This document shows, piece after piece, positions 13,713 through 24,724 of a stretch of 57,788 nt of DNA. The stretch spans positions 56,934,117 through 56,991,904 of the forward strand of contig NC_068996.1 of the NCBI RefSeq assembly GCF_001194135.2, given 5' to 3'. Below the pieces are notes generated by a model. The model was not told where the DNA came from. It worked only from the letters and a program-made list of their open reading frames with translations, and did not search any database. Made by a program: the position numbers and the translations under genes. Position 1 is the first letter of the stretch. Each line of letters starts with the position of its first letter. The stretch comes from Octopus bimaculoides. Its lineage: Eukaryota.

Positions 13713-14594
13713 GCAATAGGAACAATAACAATAACATTAAACTTAACTTCAGTCAAATGGAGACCTTTAGATTACTTTTAATCCTAAATCCCATTTGTAC
13801 ACATAATTGCCAGCTTCTATGTTATGCATTAGATAAATTTAGCTCCGATAATATACTTTATTTCTTGCAAACCTTTATACTTTTAAGTAACTCTTACCAT
13901 ATTTATAGGGAAGATTTTGGATACTTTTCTTGCTATTTCCATTATTCTAAGGAACTATGCTATGCTACAGTTATCAAAGGATAACATTGGATCAATGAAG
14001 TGTGTTGCTTTTAGGATTTTTTTTTCTATTCCTTCTCCACTTCTTCCTCCTCCTCTTCCTACTCCTTTTTCTCCTCCTCCTCTTCCTCCTCAATGCAATT
14101 TCAGTTGTCTGTTGTACAAAAATGCCTATCACAAACATTTTCAGGGGTTTGGAGTTTTTTTTTTTTTTTTTTGAGGTCTTTTTATTATTCTTCTATTTGT
14201 GTTTTCTTTGAAGCCTGAATGATTCATCTAAAATTATTCTGAGATATTCTGCAAAGGATTATGGATATATTTTTTTACAAACTGTTTTACAGTAATGTTT
14301 ATGTTTCATTCTTTCTTTTTTCTTTTTCTTTTTGTGAGAGTCCAAAGAAAATGCACTCTATTTTGTGGAAGCAATGCTGACTTTTTTGTACTATTAATGA
14401 ATCATGTGAAAAACCGATAGATACTAAAAAAAAAAAGATTAAAGAAAACAAAACAAATGTTGACTCTGTAAACAAAATGTTACATTTTTACCAATTTCCA
14501 GAAGAAATAAAACTTTTTATAAAATTGAAACCAAACTACATGTACAATGTTACCTTTCTGAAATAAACGATTCACATTATTTCTTGTTTTGCAG

Positions 14595-15056
14595 TATCAT
14601 GAACAGGATAATTTCAATGGCTGTGGGTATGACACGGAGAATATCTACCAGGAGATTGCTGAAGATCGGTTAGCACCACTACTGAGCCAAGATGTGTACG
14701 CTATGGATGAAAGAATCTACCACGAGCCACATCATTCCGGTGTCTTGGCCCATCCCCAGCAAGGGGAGAATTTATATTCTGTATGTAATGTAGGCAGTGC
14801 AAACATACCTACACAGACCCATGGTAACAACATACACTGCCAGGAGTACTCACTCTCAGGAGGCTATTACCATTCCAAAATGGTTACAGTTACACCATCT
14901 GAGCCACGATCTAAAAAACATTTTGAATCTGCTAAATGTCCCACAGCTGCTGCACCTGATAACAGTACTGTACGCTGCGAAAATTGCACCTACACTTTGC
15001 TGGATTTTAAACGTCAGCTGATGCAGTTGATGGGCTCAGATGCTAGAATTGCAAAG
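14595..15056 (+). CDS. Internal coding exon (462 bp, 154 aa, phase 0-0) of an unidentified protein with several acidic tyrosine motifs
   Basis: Acceptor TTCTTGTTTTGCAG ends 14594; consensus donor AAG|GTAAGT at 15057; frame fully open; non-repetitive composition; motifs ENIYQEI, ERIYHEP, ENLYSVC. Confidence 0.8.
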
Positions 15057-15167
15057 GTAAGTGCCTCTTATTTTACTATAGAATATTGTCTGTTTATGAG
15101 TTAATTTTAACAAATGCGTATTGAGAGAGAGGGAGAGAATATGGTTGACCAAATCAACTAAAGAATA

Positions 15168-15383
15168 GACAATCCTTTTTACTGTAGGCACAAGTCCTAA
15201 AATTTTGGGGGCAGAGGACAAGTTGATGACATCGACACCAGTGCTCAACTGGTACTTATTTTGTTGACCCCGAAAGAATAACAAACAAAGTCAGTCTCGG
15301 CAGGCTTTAAACTCAGAACATAAAAGTAGACAAAATGCCGCTAAGAATTATGCCCAGCGTGCTAACAATTCTGCCAGCTCACT
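15168..15383 (-). mobile_element. tRNA-derived SINE, family A
   Basis: Reverse complement reads GAGCTGGCAGAATTGTTAGCACGCTGGGC...GTTCTGAGTTTAAAG...GGGGTCAACAAAATAAGTACCAG. Confidence 0.8.
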
Positions 15384-15729
15384 GTTTTAGTATGGTTGAG
15401 TTAATATTAGCAGCTTTGTATTATAATGTATTGAAAATATGGTTAAGCAAATCAACACAGAGCTTACAAGCATAATTCTTGCAATGTTTTGGCCATGTGT
15501 AACTGAAGAACAAATATTGCTCTTCTATGAAAGATATTAAATAAAAGGTGAGTGAATAATAAAGACATTATTAATTCTTTTTATCAAATTTTTTTTAATG
15601 AAATATGACAAATATTCATCCTTCATTATATTAATCATTAATGATATATAATCTTTATGATGTAATTAATACTACCTAAGATAGCATTAATTGTGTATAT
15701 ATTTAAGGATCTGATTCATTTGAATCCTG

Positions 15730-15766
<37 letters not shown>

Positions 15767-15919
15767 CACAAAGCAACATCTCTACAATATTACTTAACCC
15801 TCCCAGTTGAGGGGTTCTGTCTTGTAAGGTATTTGGTGATCCTGTCATTACTGGTGCCACATAAAAAGCACCCAGTACATTCTATAAAGTGATTGACATT
15901 AGGAAGGGTATCTAGCTAT

Positions 15920-17181
15920 GCAAGAGTCAGCTGAAAAGTTCAGAGGCTGACTGCGACCAAATGAGATTTATTTTCTAACATAGTCCCCTTTGCAGTCCAT
16001 GCATTTCCTCCATCAGTGTTGCAGCGCTTGGATCCCATTGGTGAAGAGGCTTTTATCTTGTTGTTCAAGAAAGCATCAACAGTAGATATGACATAATCAT
16101 CACTGTGATACTGGTTCTCAGCCAAGGGTTTCTTTGTGGTGAGGAACAGATGATAGTCAGATGGGGACAAATCAAGAGAATAGGGACAGTGATCAACCTG
16201 TTCAATGCCACAGTAGCCATTGAAACAAAGGACTTGTCTGCTGAAGTATCCTCCTGATGAAACAAAACCTCTAAAGTCAGTTTTTTTCTGGGCATTTGGC
16301 CTTGATAAGCTTTTGTAATGCCTCAGCAATTTAGCATAGTACTCTCTATTGATGGTGTGACCCTTTAGAAGATAGCCAATAATAAACACAATGCCTTTTG
16401 TATCCCAAAAAAACTTTGGCCGTCACCTTCCCTGCAGATGAAATGACCTTGGTCTTCTTTGGAGCAGGTGTGGAGGGGGTGTTTCCACTGCATGAATTTT
16501 CTCTTTGTTTCTGGCTCAAAGTAATGAAGCCAACATTCATCCTGGCTTAGGAAACGTTCAAGGAAACCAGCAGGATCTATCTCAAACAATGTCAGATTTT
16601 TTCGTGATGAGATCACTCTGATGCAATTTTGATTATGTGTCAGAAGGCGTGGCACCCACCAAACAGAAAACTTTGTCATGTTAAGATCATTGTGCAGAAT
16701 AGTTTCAACTCTCTCATGGGATATACTAATACCATTGGCTATTTGATTTCTAGTCAATCACCTGTCATCGGTCACCTTGTAGTGAACACGATCACTGTTT
16801 TCCTCAGTGGTGCCAGTTGCAGGACGTCCAGTCAGTGGGTCATCTTCATGACATCTCCCTTCTTCTCTTAAATTTAGCTGCCCACTTTGCACTGTTGATA
16901 AAGCATAGAGTGTCGTCTCCAATGTAACAACCAAGCCAGCATGAATGCCTTTGGGGACTAAACCCTTTTTTTGGAAGGTACAATGTTAAATTTTGCCCAT
17001 TTTCAAGAGAAGTCACTGCTAGTTACTTTTGAAGCATTCTTTGAACAGTCAGATGTCAGTTTACATGCAAAGAAACAATGCAGATAGTAATAAGAAGAGT
17101 TGAAATGAGTACATGCAATATTTCACAGACCTAGCATCACTCCTTCATAGTCAGCTTATGAACTTTACAGCCCATCCTCAT
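15920..17181 (-). mobile_element. Full-length decayed mariner (DD34D) element
   Basis: Frameshifted transposase with WVPRLL, DECWLHYFEPETK and PYSLDLSPSDYHLF motifs; ~33-bp imperfect TIRs sharing GCTG.AAAGTTCA.A.GCTGACT at 15920-15952 and 17149-17181; ~1.26 kb. Confidence 0.92.
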
Positions 17182-17955
17182 ATATAAATCAGCTAATATG
17201 TAATTTGAGGAATGTTTGGTTGCTGTTTCTAGCAGCTCAAGGCTCTTTTGTTGGCTCATATTGAACCATTCACTTGCCTTGGTTGTTTTTGAATATCAAT
17301 ATTTCAATTTGTTGGAGTAGGTAGGTGTTTAGCATGTGTCTATGTGCTGTATTATATATATGTATGTATATATATATATAAATGTGCATGCATGTGTGTA
17401 TATGTATATGTATTGTCTGTTATAGAAATGGTAAGCATTGATTTGTATGGCTCGTAATTTGTAATGAACTCTTGGCTATTGCCAATAATCTTGTTATGGT
17501 CATCTCAGTTACTTTGTTTCAATGTGTTTCTTAATTTAGTGAAATACAATACTGCATTCGTATGTATCTCATTTAGATATTAGTTCAGAGCTTATAAATA
17601 AGACCCAAGTGTTATGGAACAAATATCGGACATGCTGTTAAATGCAAGCTGAAACAATAAAGATATACAGTTAAATATTGATTTGTAGTGCCAACTACAT
17701 TTTCTGATGTCATTCAAGGAATTTTCACTGCTAAAGCAATTACAGTAGAAATGAAGCCTATATATTATAAGTCTAAGAAAAATGCAGTTGAGTCCTCTGA
17801 GTAATTAAATTTAATTACACTACTCCTCATCAAAATTTCTCTCGTGTGGAATTAAATGTTCTTTGGTAATTCCCTGATATGCTGAATTCCCCCAAAAAGT
17901 CATTCAGTTTGTATCTATCGCATTTAGATATTGATATTAAGTTATAGCAGGCAAT

Positions 17956-17987
<32 letters not shown>

Positions 17988-17997
17988 NNNNNNNNNN

Positions 17998-18033
<36 letters not shown>

Positions 18034-18793
18034 CAGACAAAGATATCATTAATAGTTCAAATTTGTATATATCATTTCTAGATTGTAAAATTGTCATAGC
18101 AAATTAAATATATACAATATATTATTTATATAAAAGAATATACATTTTTTGTAAGTTATTTTACATGATATTTCTTGTATATCTTGTTTAGAATCAAGTT
18201 AGAATTAAAAGAGGGAAAAAAAAACAAGCTACAGCAAATCAGAAATATTTTCTTGGCACCATTATAAAGAAAATTCCGGAATCCTTTAGGAAAGAGAAAG
18301 CACTTATTTACCAAAAAAAAAAAATCAGAATCCCAATTGAAGAAATTGGAATCCCATTCCAAAGTAGATATTTGAAAATTGTTTATCGATTCTTTACAAA
18401 GCAGAGTTACATTATATTTAAGAAGTATTATTTTACTTGGTACATTATCTGTAGAACATAGAACATTCTCTGAATATTTGACTGAATCAAATGAAATCAT
18501 ATAACTTCTGCAAAATATGAGAAATTATGAATTCAATTTATTGTGATTTGTTTGTTTTTATGTCCTTTATTTTCATGCTAGCATGGGTTAGATGAATATA
18601 TTATTATGGCATTGTTTTTATAGCTTGATGCCCTTTAAATTGCTATCCATCCTTTTCTCATTTTTCAAGTAAGGAATCTTTTATTTTACTCATCTTTGAA
18701 AGCTCAGCATCAGTGGATGATTTGTTGACAGGGGAAATGACAATATCATTGTTTGTATGTTAGTGTGTTTTTAAAGTAGCACAAAAATAAACA

Positions 18794-18834
<41 letters not shown>

Positions 18835-18989
18835 GCATGCACTTGTGTATATACAGGTGTTGTATAGTAGGACAGAACCTGAAACCACATGGTCAAAAGC
18901 AAACCTCTTAACCTCATAGCCATGCTTTCACCTATATTTACTAATTTAATAATAATCATACTATCAAGTTGGCTTTTCTTTTTTTATCT

Positions 18990-19150
18990 TTTACTTTTAG
19001 TTGAAGAAATCAACCCCAAAACTTATTCTTTGCAAGCTTTGTACTTATACTGTCATTCTCTTCTGCCAAACCATGAAGCTATGGGGACATAAACTCACCA
19101 GCATCAGTTGTCAAATGATGGGGGGGGGGGGACAAACACAAATACACACA
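18990..19150 (-). mobile_element. 3' half of bipartite tRNA SINE (family B)
   Basis: AACCCCAAAACTTATTCTTTGCAAG...CACCAGCATCAGTTGTCAAATGATGG matches 36490-36690. Confidence 0.7.
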
Positions 19151-19498
19151 CAAACAAACATGCACACACATATATATTAGCTGAATTACCTGGAAAAGCA
19201 GGGGTTATTTCCAGTTCCCTTTCCCCATACACTGTTTCATGTCCTATCCTGTTCCCTGTTCAGTTCCTGTTTAGTTCTGCTCCCATTCCTATCCCCAATC
19301 CTATGTTAGTACATAAATTTAGAATCAGTTAGGTGTATATTATTTACATTATTTACATTTGGCAGATATTTGTCCTCATCTTGCTTGTTGTTAACACAAC
19401 GCTTCAGCTTCATCAGGTGTGTTGGGGAAATTTCAAACCTGGGTTCTCATTCCTAAGATATTTCTCGATGTTGTTGTTGTTGTTGTTGTTGTTGTTCA

Positions 19499-19570
19499 GG
19501 TCACTGCCTGGAATCGAACTCGGAATCTTGGGGTTAGTAGCCTGTGCTCTTAACCACTACACCCGTGGGC
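19499..19570 (-). other. tRNA-like Pol III module in the left arm of the Penelope-like element
   Basis: Minus strand GGTGTAGTGGTTAAG (A box) ... GAGTTCGATTCC (B box). Confidence 0.7.
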
Positions 19571-19572
19571 AA

Positions 19573-19866
19573 TTATTGAACGAATTTTAGGTCTGATAAA
19601 TCTAATATTTTTCTATCCTTCCTTAATACTGGTTCCCATATGCTGTTCATATTTGCACTTGGTCTGCTTAGGAGGTTGTTGTGTCCTAGCATATGTGCTG
19701 CTTCTTTTAGTTTTCGTATTTTCCAGTGGTGTTCTCTGTCTATTATTCAAATCCATCCCACAGAGGGAGGTGGTCTCCATTTTTCCATACATGGTCAGCT
19801 ATACCCGATTTATCAATATCTCCTTGTGTCAAAGCTTATAATGTTCCTCTACCCTTATTTTGAGGG
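19573..19866 (-). pseudogene. GIY-YIG endonuclease C-terminal remnant (Penelope-type)
   Basis: Translates, with two 1-nt frameshifts, as LKIRVEEHY/ALTQGDIDKSGIADHVWKNGDHLPLWDGF/IIDREHHWKIRKLKEAAHMLGHNNLLSRPSANMNSIWEPVLRKDRK...*; matches the R..EH, KS.IA.H, R...EA.HI and W.P.L pattern of PLE endonucleases. Confidence 0.8.
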
Positions 19867-20004
19867 GGCGGCATATATGCTAGGACACAACAACCTCCTA
19901 AGCTGATCGAGTGCAGATATGAATAGCATATGGGAACCGGTATTGAGGAAGGATAGGAGAATATTAGATTTATAAGCCCTAAAATTCACTTCATAATTGC
20001 CCAA

Positions 20005-20077
20005 GGGCATATGGCATAGAGGTTAAGAGCGTGAGCTACTAACCCCAAGATTCCAAGTTCGATTCCAGGCAGTGACC
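20005..20077 (+). other. tRNA-like Pol III module in the right arm of the Penelope-like element
   Basis: TGGCATAGAGGTTAAG (A box), CTACTAA loop, AAGTTCGATTCC (B box). Confidence 0.7.
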
Positions 20078-20178
20078 TGAATAATAATAATTATTATAAT
20101 AATAATAGTAATAATAATAATAATAATAACATCAAAAAATACCTTAGGAATGAGAACCCAGGTTCTAAATTTCCCCAA

Positions 20179-20224
20179 GACACCTGAAGAAGGTTGGAGG
20201 GTATATCAGCCGAAACATTGTGTT
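20179..20224 (+). ncRNA. Minimal type I hammerhead ribozyme motif, probably decayed
   Basis: Stem I GACAC/GTGTT, core CTGAAGA, extra A, stem II GGTTG/CAGCC, then GAAAC-ATT; the left-arm copy keeps CTGATGA and CGTT but has lost stem II. Confidence 0.6.
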
Positions 20225-22128
20225 AACAAACAAGATGAGGACAAATATCTGTCAAAATGTAAATAATGTACATAATTCCTCATCTCTTAAATATAGAACT
20301 GCAGTTAGGTGTAATTAAGCCATTAAATAATTTATTAACCTTTATGATAATAGTTTATTGCTAAAAATAGGTATTACAAACTATTAATATGATTAGTGGG
20401 TGAATAAGGAATGTCCCTATACTATTTTAACAAACGAATATGCATCTGAGTTAAATGAATGAGTTGACTGGAAATACCAGGAACGCGTGGGTTATTCCCA
20501 GTTTCCGTTTACCATTACACTGTGCCATGTCCTACCCCATTTCCTGTTCAGTTCCCATCTGAATGCCGAATCCGTTGTTTATGGTAATAGTTTATTGCTA
20601 AAAATAGGTATTACAAACTATTACTTCAATTAGTGGGGCAATAAGGAATGTCCCTATATTATTTTAACAAAAGAATATGCATCTGAGTTAAATAGATAGA
20701 TTTACAAATGCATTGGCAAATATTCCGCGTATTGTAGGCGTTGTCACTTGTCATAGCTTATCATAGCTGATTTGTAAACATGTGCTACAGCCCCACTCCT
20801 TAGGGGACCCATTATAGATTTTTATTGAAATTCAATTCAGCTATAATTCAGCTGGATGTTAGGAACAAATAAATCACAAAATCAGATTTAATGTGGAAAA
20901 TTATTTCAATATAACAAATTAGAAAATTTTAGCATTATTTTAAAATTTCACAATATGTGACAGCAACAGGGAAGACCCTACAAAAGTAGACAGACAAACA
21001 GTTATAGGACGTCACACACACACACACAAATTTACAAATGTACACACAGGTAATCATGAGTTTAAAAGGGTGTATAGTAGACATATGTATATGTGTGTAT
21101 GTATGTGTATATATATATATATATGTATGTATGTGTGTGTCTGTGTGTGAGTGTTTCTCTGTGACAGCAGAAAAGCCACTTACCCCCTCTTTCCATAAAG
21201 TTATGTATTCCTCACACCCACTTTTCTGTGTGTGTGTGTATTTACAAAAGTATGTATGCAGTGTCACATATATATGACAGCTGTATTAACATTAACACCC
21301 CATTGCCACCACAGTTCTTGCCTTCACTTATATAAGTTAACTTCTCTCTGCTGCTACTTTTCCCTCCAACTAATACTTTTTGCAACTTTCTCATTTTGTC
21401 ATATAATTCGTCCAACGCCACTGGGTGAAGGTGCATGATAGATTTTGATTGAAATCCAATAGCCTATCATTGAACTGGATATTAATGTAACATGTATGCA
21501 AAGTTTCGTGAATATTGGCTCACTGGTTTAGGCACTAAGATGGTAGCAGACAGAAATTGCCATTTATGTATTAGATATGCAGTTGCGGGCACAGTTCCAC
21601 TAATCCACTAACAGCTAATTAGCATAGCTAACTTTTCATTTAGCAGATTAGCATTTTCACTAACTTTGGAGACCGTTAGCAGACCAATTAGCTTCTACTA
21701 AATTTAGTTCTGCTAACTTTAAGTCTGCTAACAAAATTCCTATTTTTGTTCCTGTCTGTTGTGGGTGCGTTTCGAAGAGTCTGTCAGTCATGCATTTGGC
21801 TGACTATGTGTACATGTGACAAGACATGATTGGTTGATGCAGCAGCAGCTAGCTGAGCAGCATCAGGTAATTCTGCAGTTTTGAGTTGTGTTTACTTACA
21901 ATGTTGTCACATTACAGAAAGTCTTACAGAATCAGCAACAGCAGTGTACATTATTGACTGATCAAGATATCACTTATTGTATTGGAAGTGAAGACGTTTT
22001 TGTTTGGCTTGAGGATGAAGGGCCTGTTGAAGAGTCTGCAACGGCTATGTATGAGGTAGAGGTCACTCAGGTTTAGAGCCAGGGGTCTCAGAATCTGTGA
22101 CCCCTACCTGAATGACTATTTTGTCCTT

Positions 22129-22607
22129 ATGTCAAGGGATAAGAGGAACGCCAAAATCCTATACTTCTGGTGCATCATGTGCCAGCCCAAGGAGTCCATC
22201 ATCAGGGGACAAGTGGTGAGCTTCTACAACTTGAGGTCACATGTCAGGAGGAAACATTCAGCACACACTATTCAGTTTGAGGAGAGGATCAAGGCCAGTT
22301 TTTCCCACAGGAAACACAGGTAATATTTCTGGTAGCAGTGCCAGTAGCCATGTGCAAAGAAAGCACATCAGCCCAGCATTGGCGAGGCATTTGCCCAAAC
22401 TGCTGGCACTGGTGTCTGTCAGTCTATGGTGGACAGAAGAATTGTAGACCTGTTTGTCGACAACATGCTACCACTGCATGTAGTGGAGTCCTCCACCTTG
22501 GTTGGCCTGATCAAGATGCTAACCCCAGCAAGACATCAATGTCCCACCACACCCTGGTCAAGATGGTCTTGGCCAGCCATAAACAGCTGGAAGAGTATCT
22601 TATGCAG
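22129..22607 (+). pseudogene. hAT transposase N-terminal part (BED zinc finger and following helical region), frameshifted
   Basis: WCIMCQP...NLRSHVRRKH (C2H2 BED pattern); IVDLFVDNMLPLHVVESSTLVGLIKML. Confidence 0.8.
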
Positions 22608-23424
22608 TTTTTATAAATTAAAATTATACAAGTTTATTAAATTATTATTATGGCATACTTCATATTTTCTTAATTTAATTTAATTATTTATTAAATAATT
22701 ATTTTCTTAATTAATGTAATAAAATGTATAATAGCTAATTGAAATAAATGATATAATACATGATATATGGTATATATATATATATATATATATATATNNN
22801 NNNNNNNNNNNNNNNNNNNNNNNNNNNNNNNNNNNNNNNNNNNNNNNNNNNNNNNNNNNNNNNNNNNNNNNNNNNNNNNNNNNNNNNNNNNNNNNNNNNN
22901 NNNNNNNNNNNNNNNNNNNNNNNTATATATTCCACTCATGAGTAAGTCTGCACAGCCAAAGCAACAGTCTTTAATGAATTAACAAATAAATGAACCTTAA
23001 GTTTTGAACTTATCAAATTCCAACCATCATTCCATCCCCCATCTCAGTTATTCATTCCCCCTCCAATGCATCACTTATCAAGGCAGTGTCACTATTTTCA
23101 AAAGTTTAATAACAAGGTTTTAAATTATAAGCAATATTTCCATAAATTTAGAATAGCCTAGTAACAGATGTTAAACTACAAACTGTGTGATTTCTATAAA
23201 TAGTTATAAGATACTGTGATCAAATATCCTGCCTTCTTCCTACCCATGAAAAATTGTACAAATCACATCATCACAAAAACCATTGCAGCTTGCATGGAGA
23301 TGCAGATGAGAGGCGAGTTTTTTTAGTAGGCCTTGATCATACTCTGCATCAGTTTATATAATTTCAAGTTTTTAACTTTACAACTTATGTCTCTTTACAA
23401 TTTTAATTTTTTTTAAATTATAGA

Positions 23425-24724
23425 TTGCTCAAGGATGTCCCTTGGGTAGTAACTGCTGTGGACTATTGGTCAGCCCACAACAGGTCCTACCTGGTGATGA
23501 CGGCACACCGGCTGGTCCCCAAGACCCGCATGAGACAATACACCGTCCTGGCCTGCTCTCAGCTCGGAGGGCACCACACCTTTGATGTTCTCACCCAGGC
23601 CATGGTGGACACCCATTATGAGCTCCATCAGCAAGACAAGGTAACTAGGACCACTTCGGACAATGGCAAAAATATTGTCAAGGCATTTATGCAGTTTGGT
23701 ACAGAAGTTAAACTCTTGTCAGACATTCCCGAGGCTGCTGCTGATCTGGATGTTGAAGGTGTTGTGGATGTAGACCTAGACATGGATCCTGAGGCTGGGG
23801 ACGTGGACGAAGTTGAGTACATCTCTGTTGATACCATCCTTGACAAGTCCAGAAGCCTGGGCCTCAACCTGCCAGTGCACATGGTAGCCAGCATGAATGC
23901 CAACACGGCTCTTGACAGCACTTTGTTCAAGTCAGCCTACAGAAAGGCCATGTCCAAGGTACAACAGCTGTGGAATCTGCAGAGCTGCAGCACAGTGGCA
24001 GCAGACAGCATTCTGGATGCACTGAAGAGGAAGTACCCAACAGTACCAGATGGAACTTTGCCTATGACTCTGTTGTTGTCCAGAACAACCTACTGGAGAA
24101 GAAGAGGGGAGCTNNNNNNNNNNNNNNNNNNNNNNNNNNNNNNNNNNNNNNNNNNNNNNNNNNNNNNNNNNNNNNNNNNNNNNNNNNNNNNNNNNNNNNN
24201 NNNNNNNNNNNNNNNNNNNNNNNNNNNNNNNNNNNNNNNNNNNNNNNNNNNNNNNNNNNNNNNNNNNNNNNNNNNNNNNNNNNNNNNNNNNNNNNNNNNN
24301 NNNNNNNNNNNNNNNNNNNNNNNNNNNNNNNNNNNNNNNNNNNNNNNNNNNNNNNNNNNNNNNNNNNNNNNNNNNNNNNNNNNNNNNNNNNNNNNNNNNN
24401 NNNNNNNNNNNNNNNNNNNNNNNNAAGTCAGCCTACAGAAAGGCCATGTCCAAGGTACAACAGCTGTGGAATCTGCTGGAGGCCGTCTCAAAGGAGATCC
24501 TGACTGAAGTCACCTTTTTGGGTGAGCAGGTCTTGACGGACCTGTTCACCAAGTATAACATTACCATCCCATCCAGTGCTGCAGTTGAGTGCCTATTCTC
24601 TATAGGCAAAGATATTTTGAGGGCCAAGAGAGCCAACCTGTCAGATGGTAACTTTAAGAGGCTGATGTTTATGAAGGGCAACCAGCATCACGTTGGGGTG
24701 ATGAAGAAGGCCCAGCCAGAGTAA
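23425..24724 (+). pseudogene. hAT transposase catalytic and C-terminal dimerization regions, spanning an N gap
   Basis: VVTAVDYWSAHNRSYLVMTAH, TTSDNGKNIVKAF, and LFTKYNITIPSSAAVECLFSIGKDILRAKRANLSDGNFKRLMFMKGN. Confidence 0.9.

Larger units (their letters stand above)
19338..20301. mobile_element. Penelope-like element remnant with inverted terminal repeat (foldback) and 12-bp TSD
   Basis: Arms 19338-19701 and 19868-20277 are inverted copies; CAGTTAGGTGTA occurs directly repeated at 19326-19337 and 20302-20313; spacer plus left arm encode a GIY-YIG C-terminus on the minus strand. Confidence 0.85.
19172..20703. repeat. Repeat with internal tandem duplication (possible Helentron-associated element), interrupted by the Penelope-like insertion
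   Basis: Block ~19190-19270 resembles ~20475-20560; block ~20345-20458 resembles ~20583-20694; starts TTAGCTGAATTACCTGG and ends ATAGATAGAT. Confidence 0.45.

Noticed and set aside
17689-17800. Possible 112-bp + strand exon (PTTFSDVIQGIFTAK...)
   Set aside because: Weak polypyrimidine tract and phase incompatible with the 15056 donor.
18156-18500. 114-aa minus-strand ORF with nearby AG/GT sites
   Set aside because: Very AT-rich, contains a long T run, no recognisable motif; the plus strand is equally protein-like, so it may be an old TE relic.
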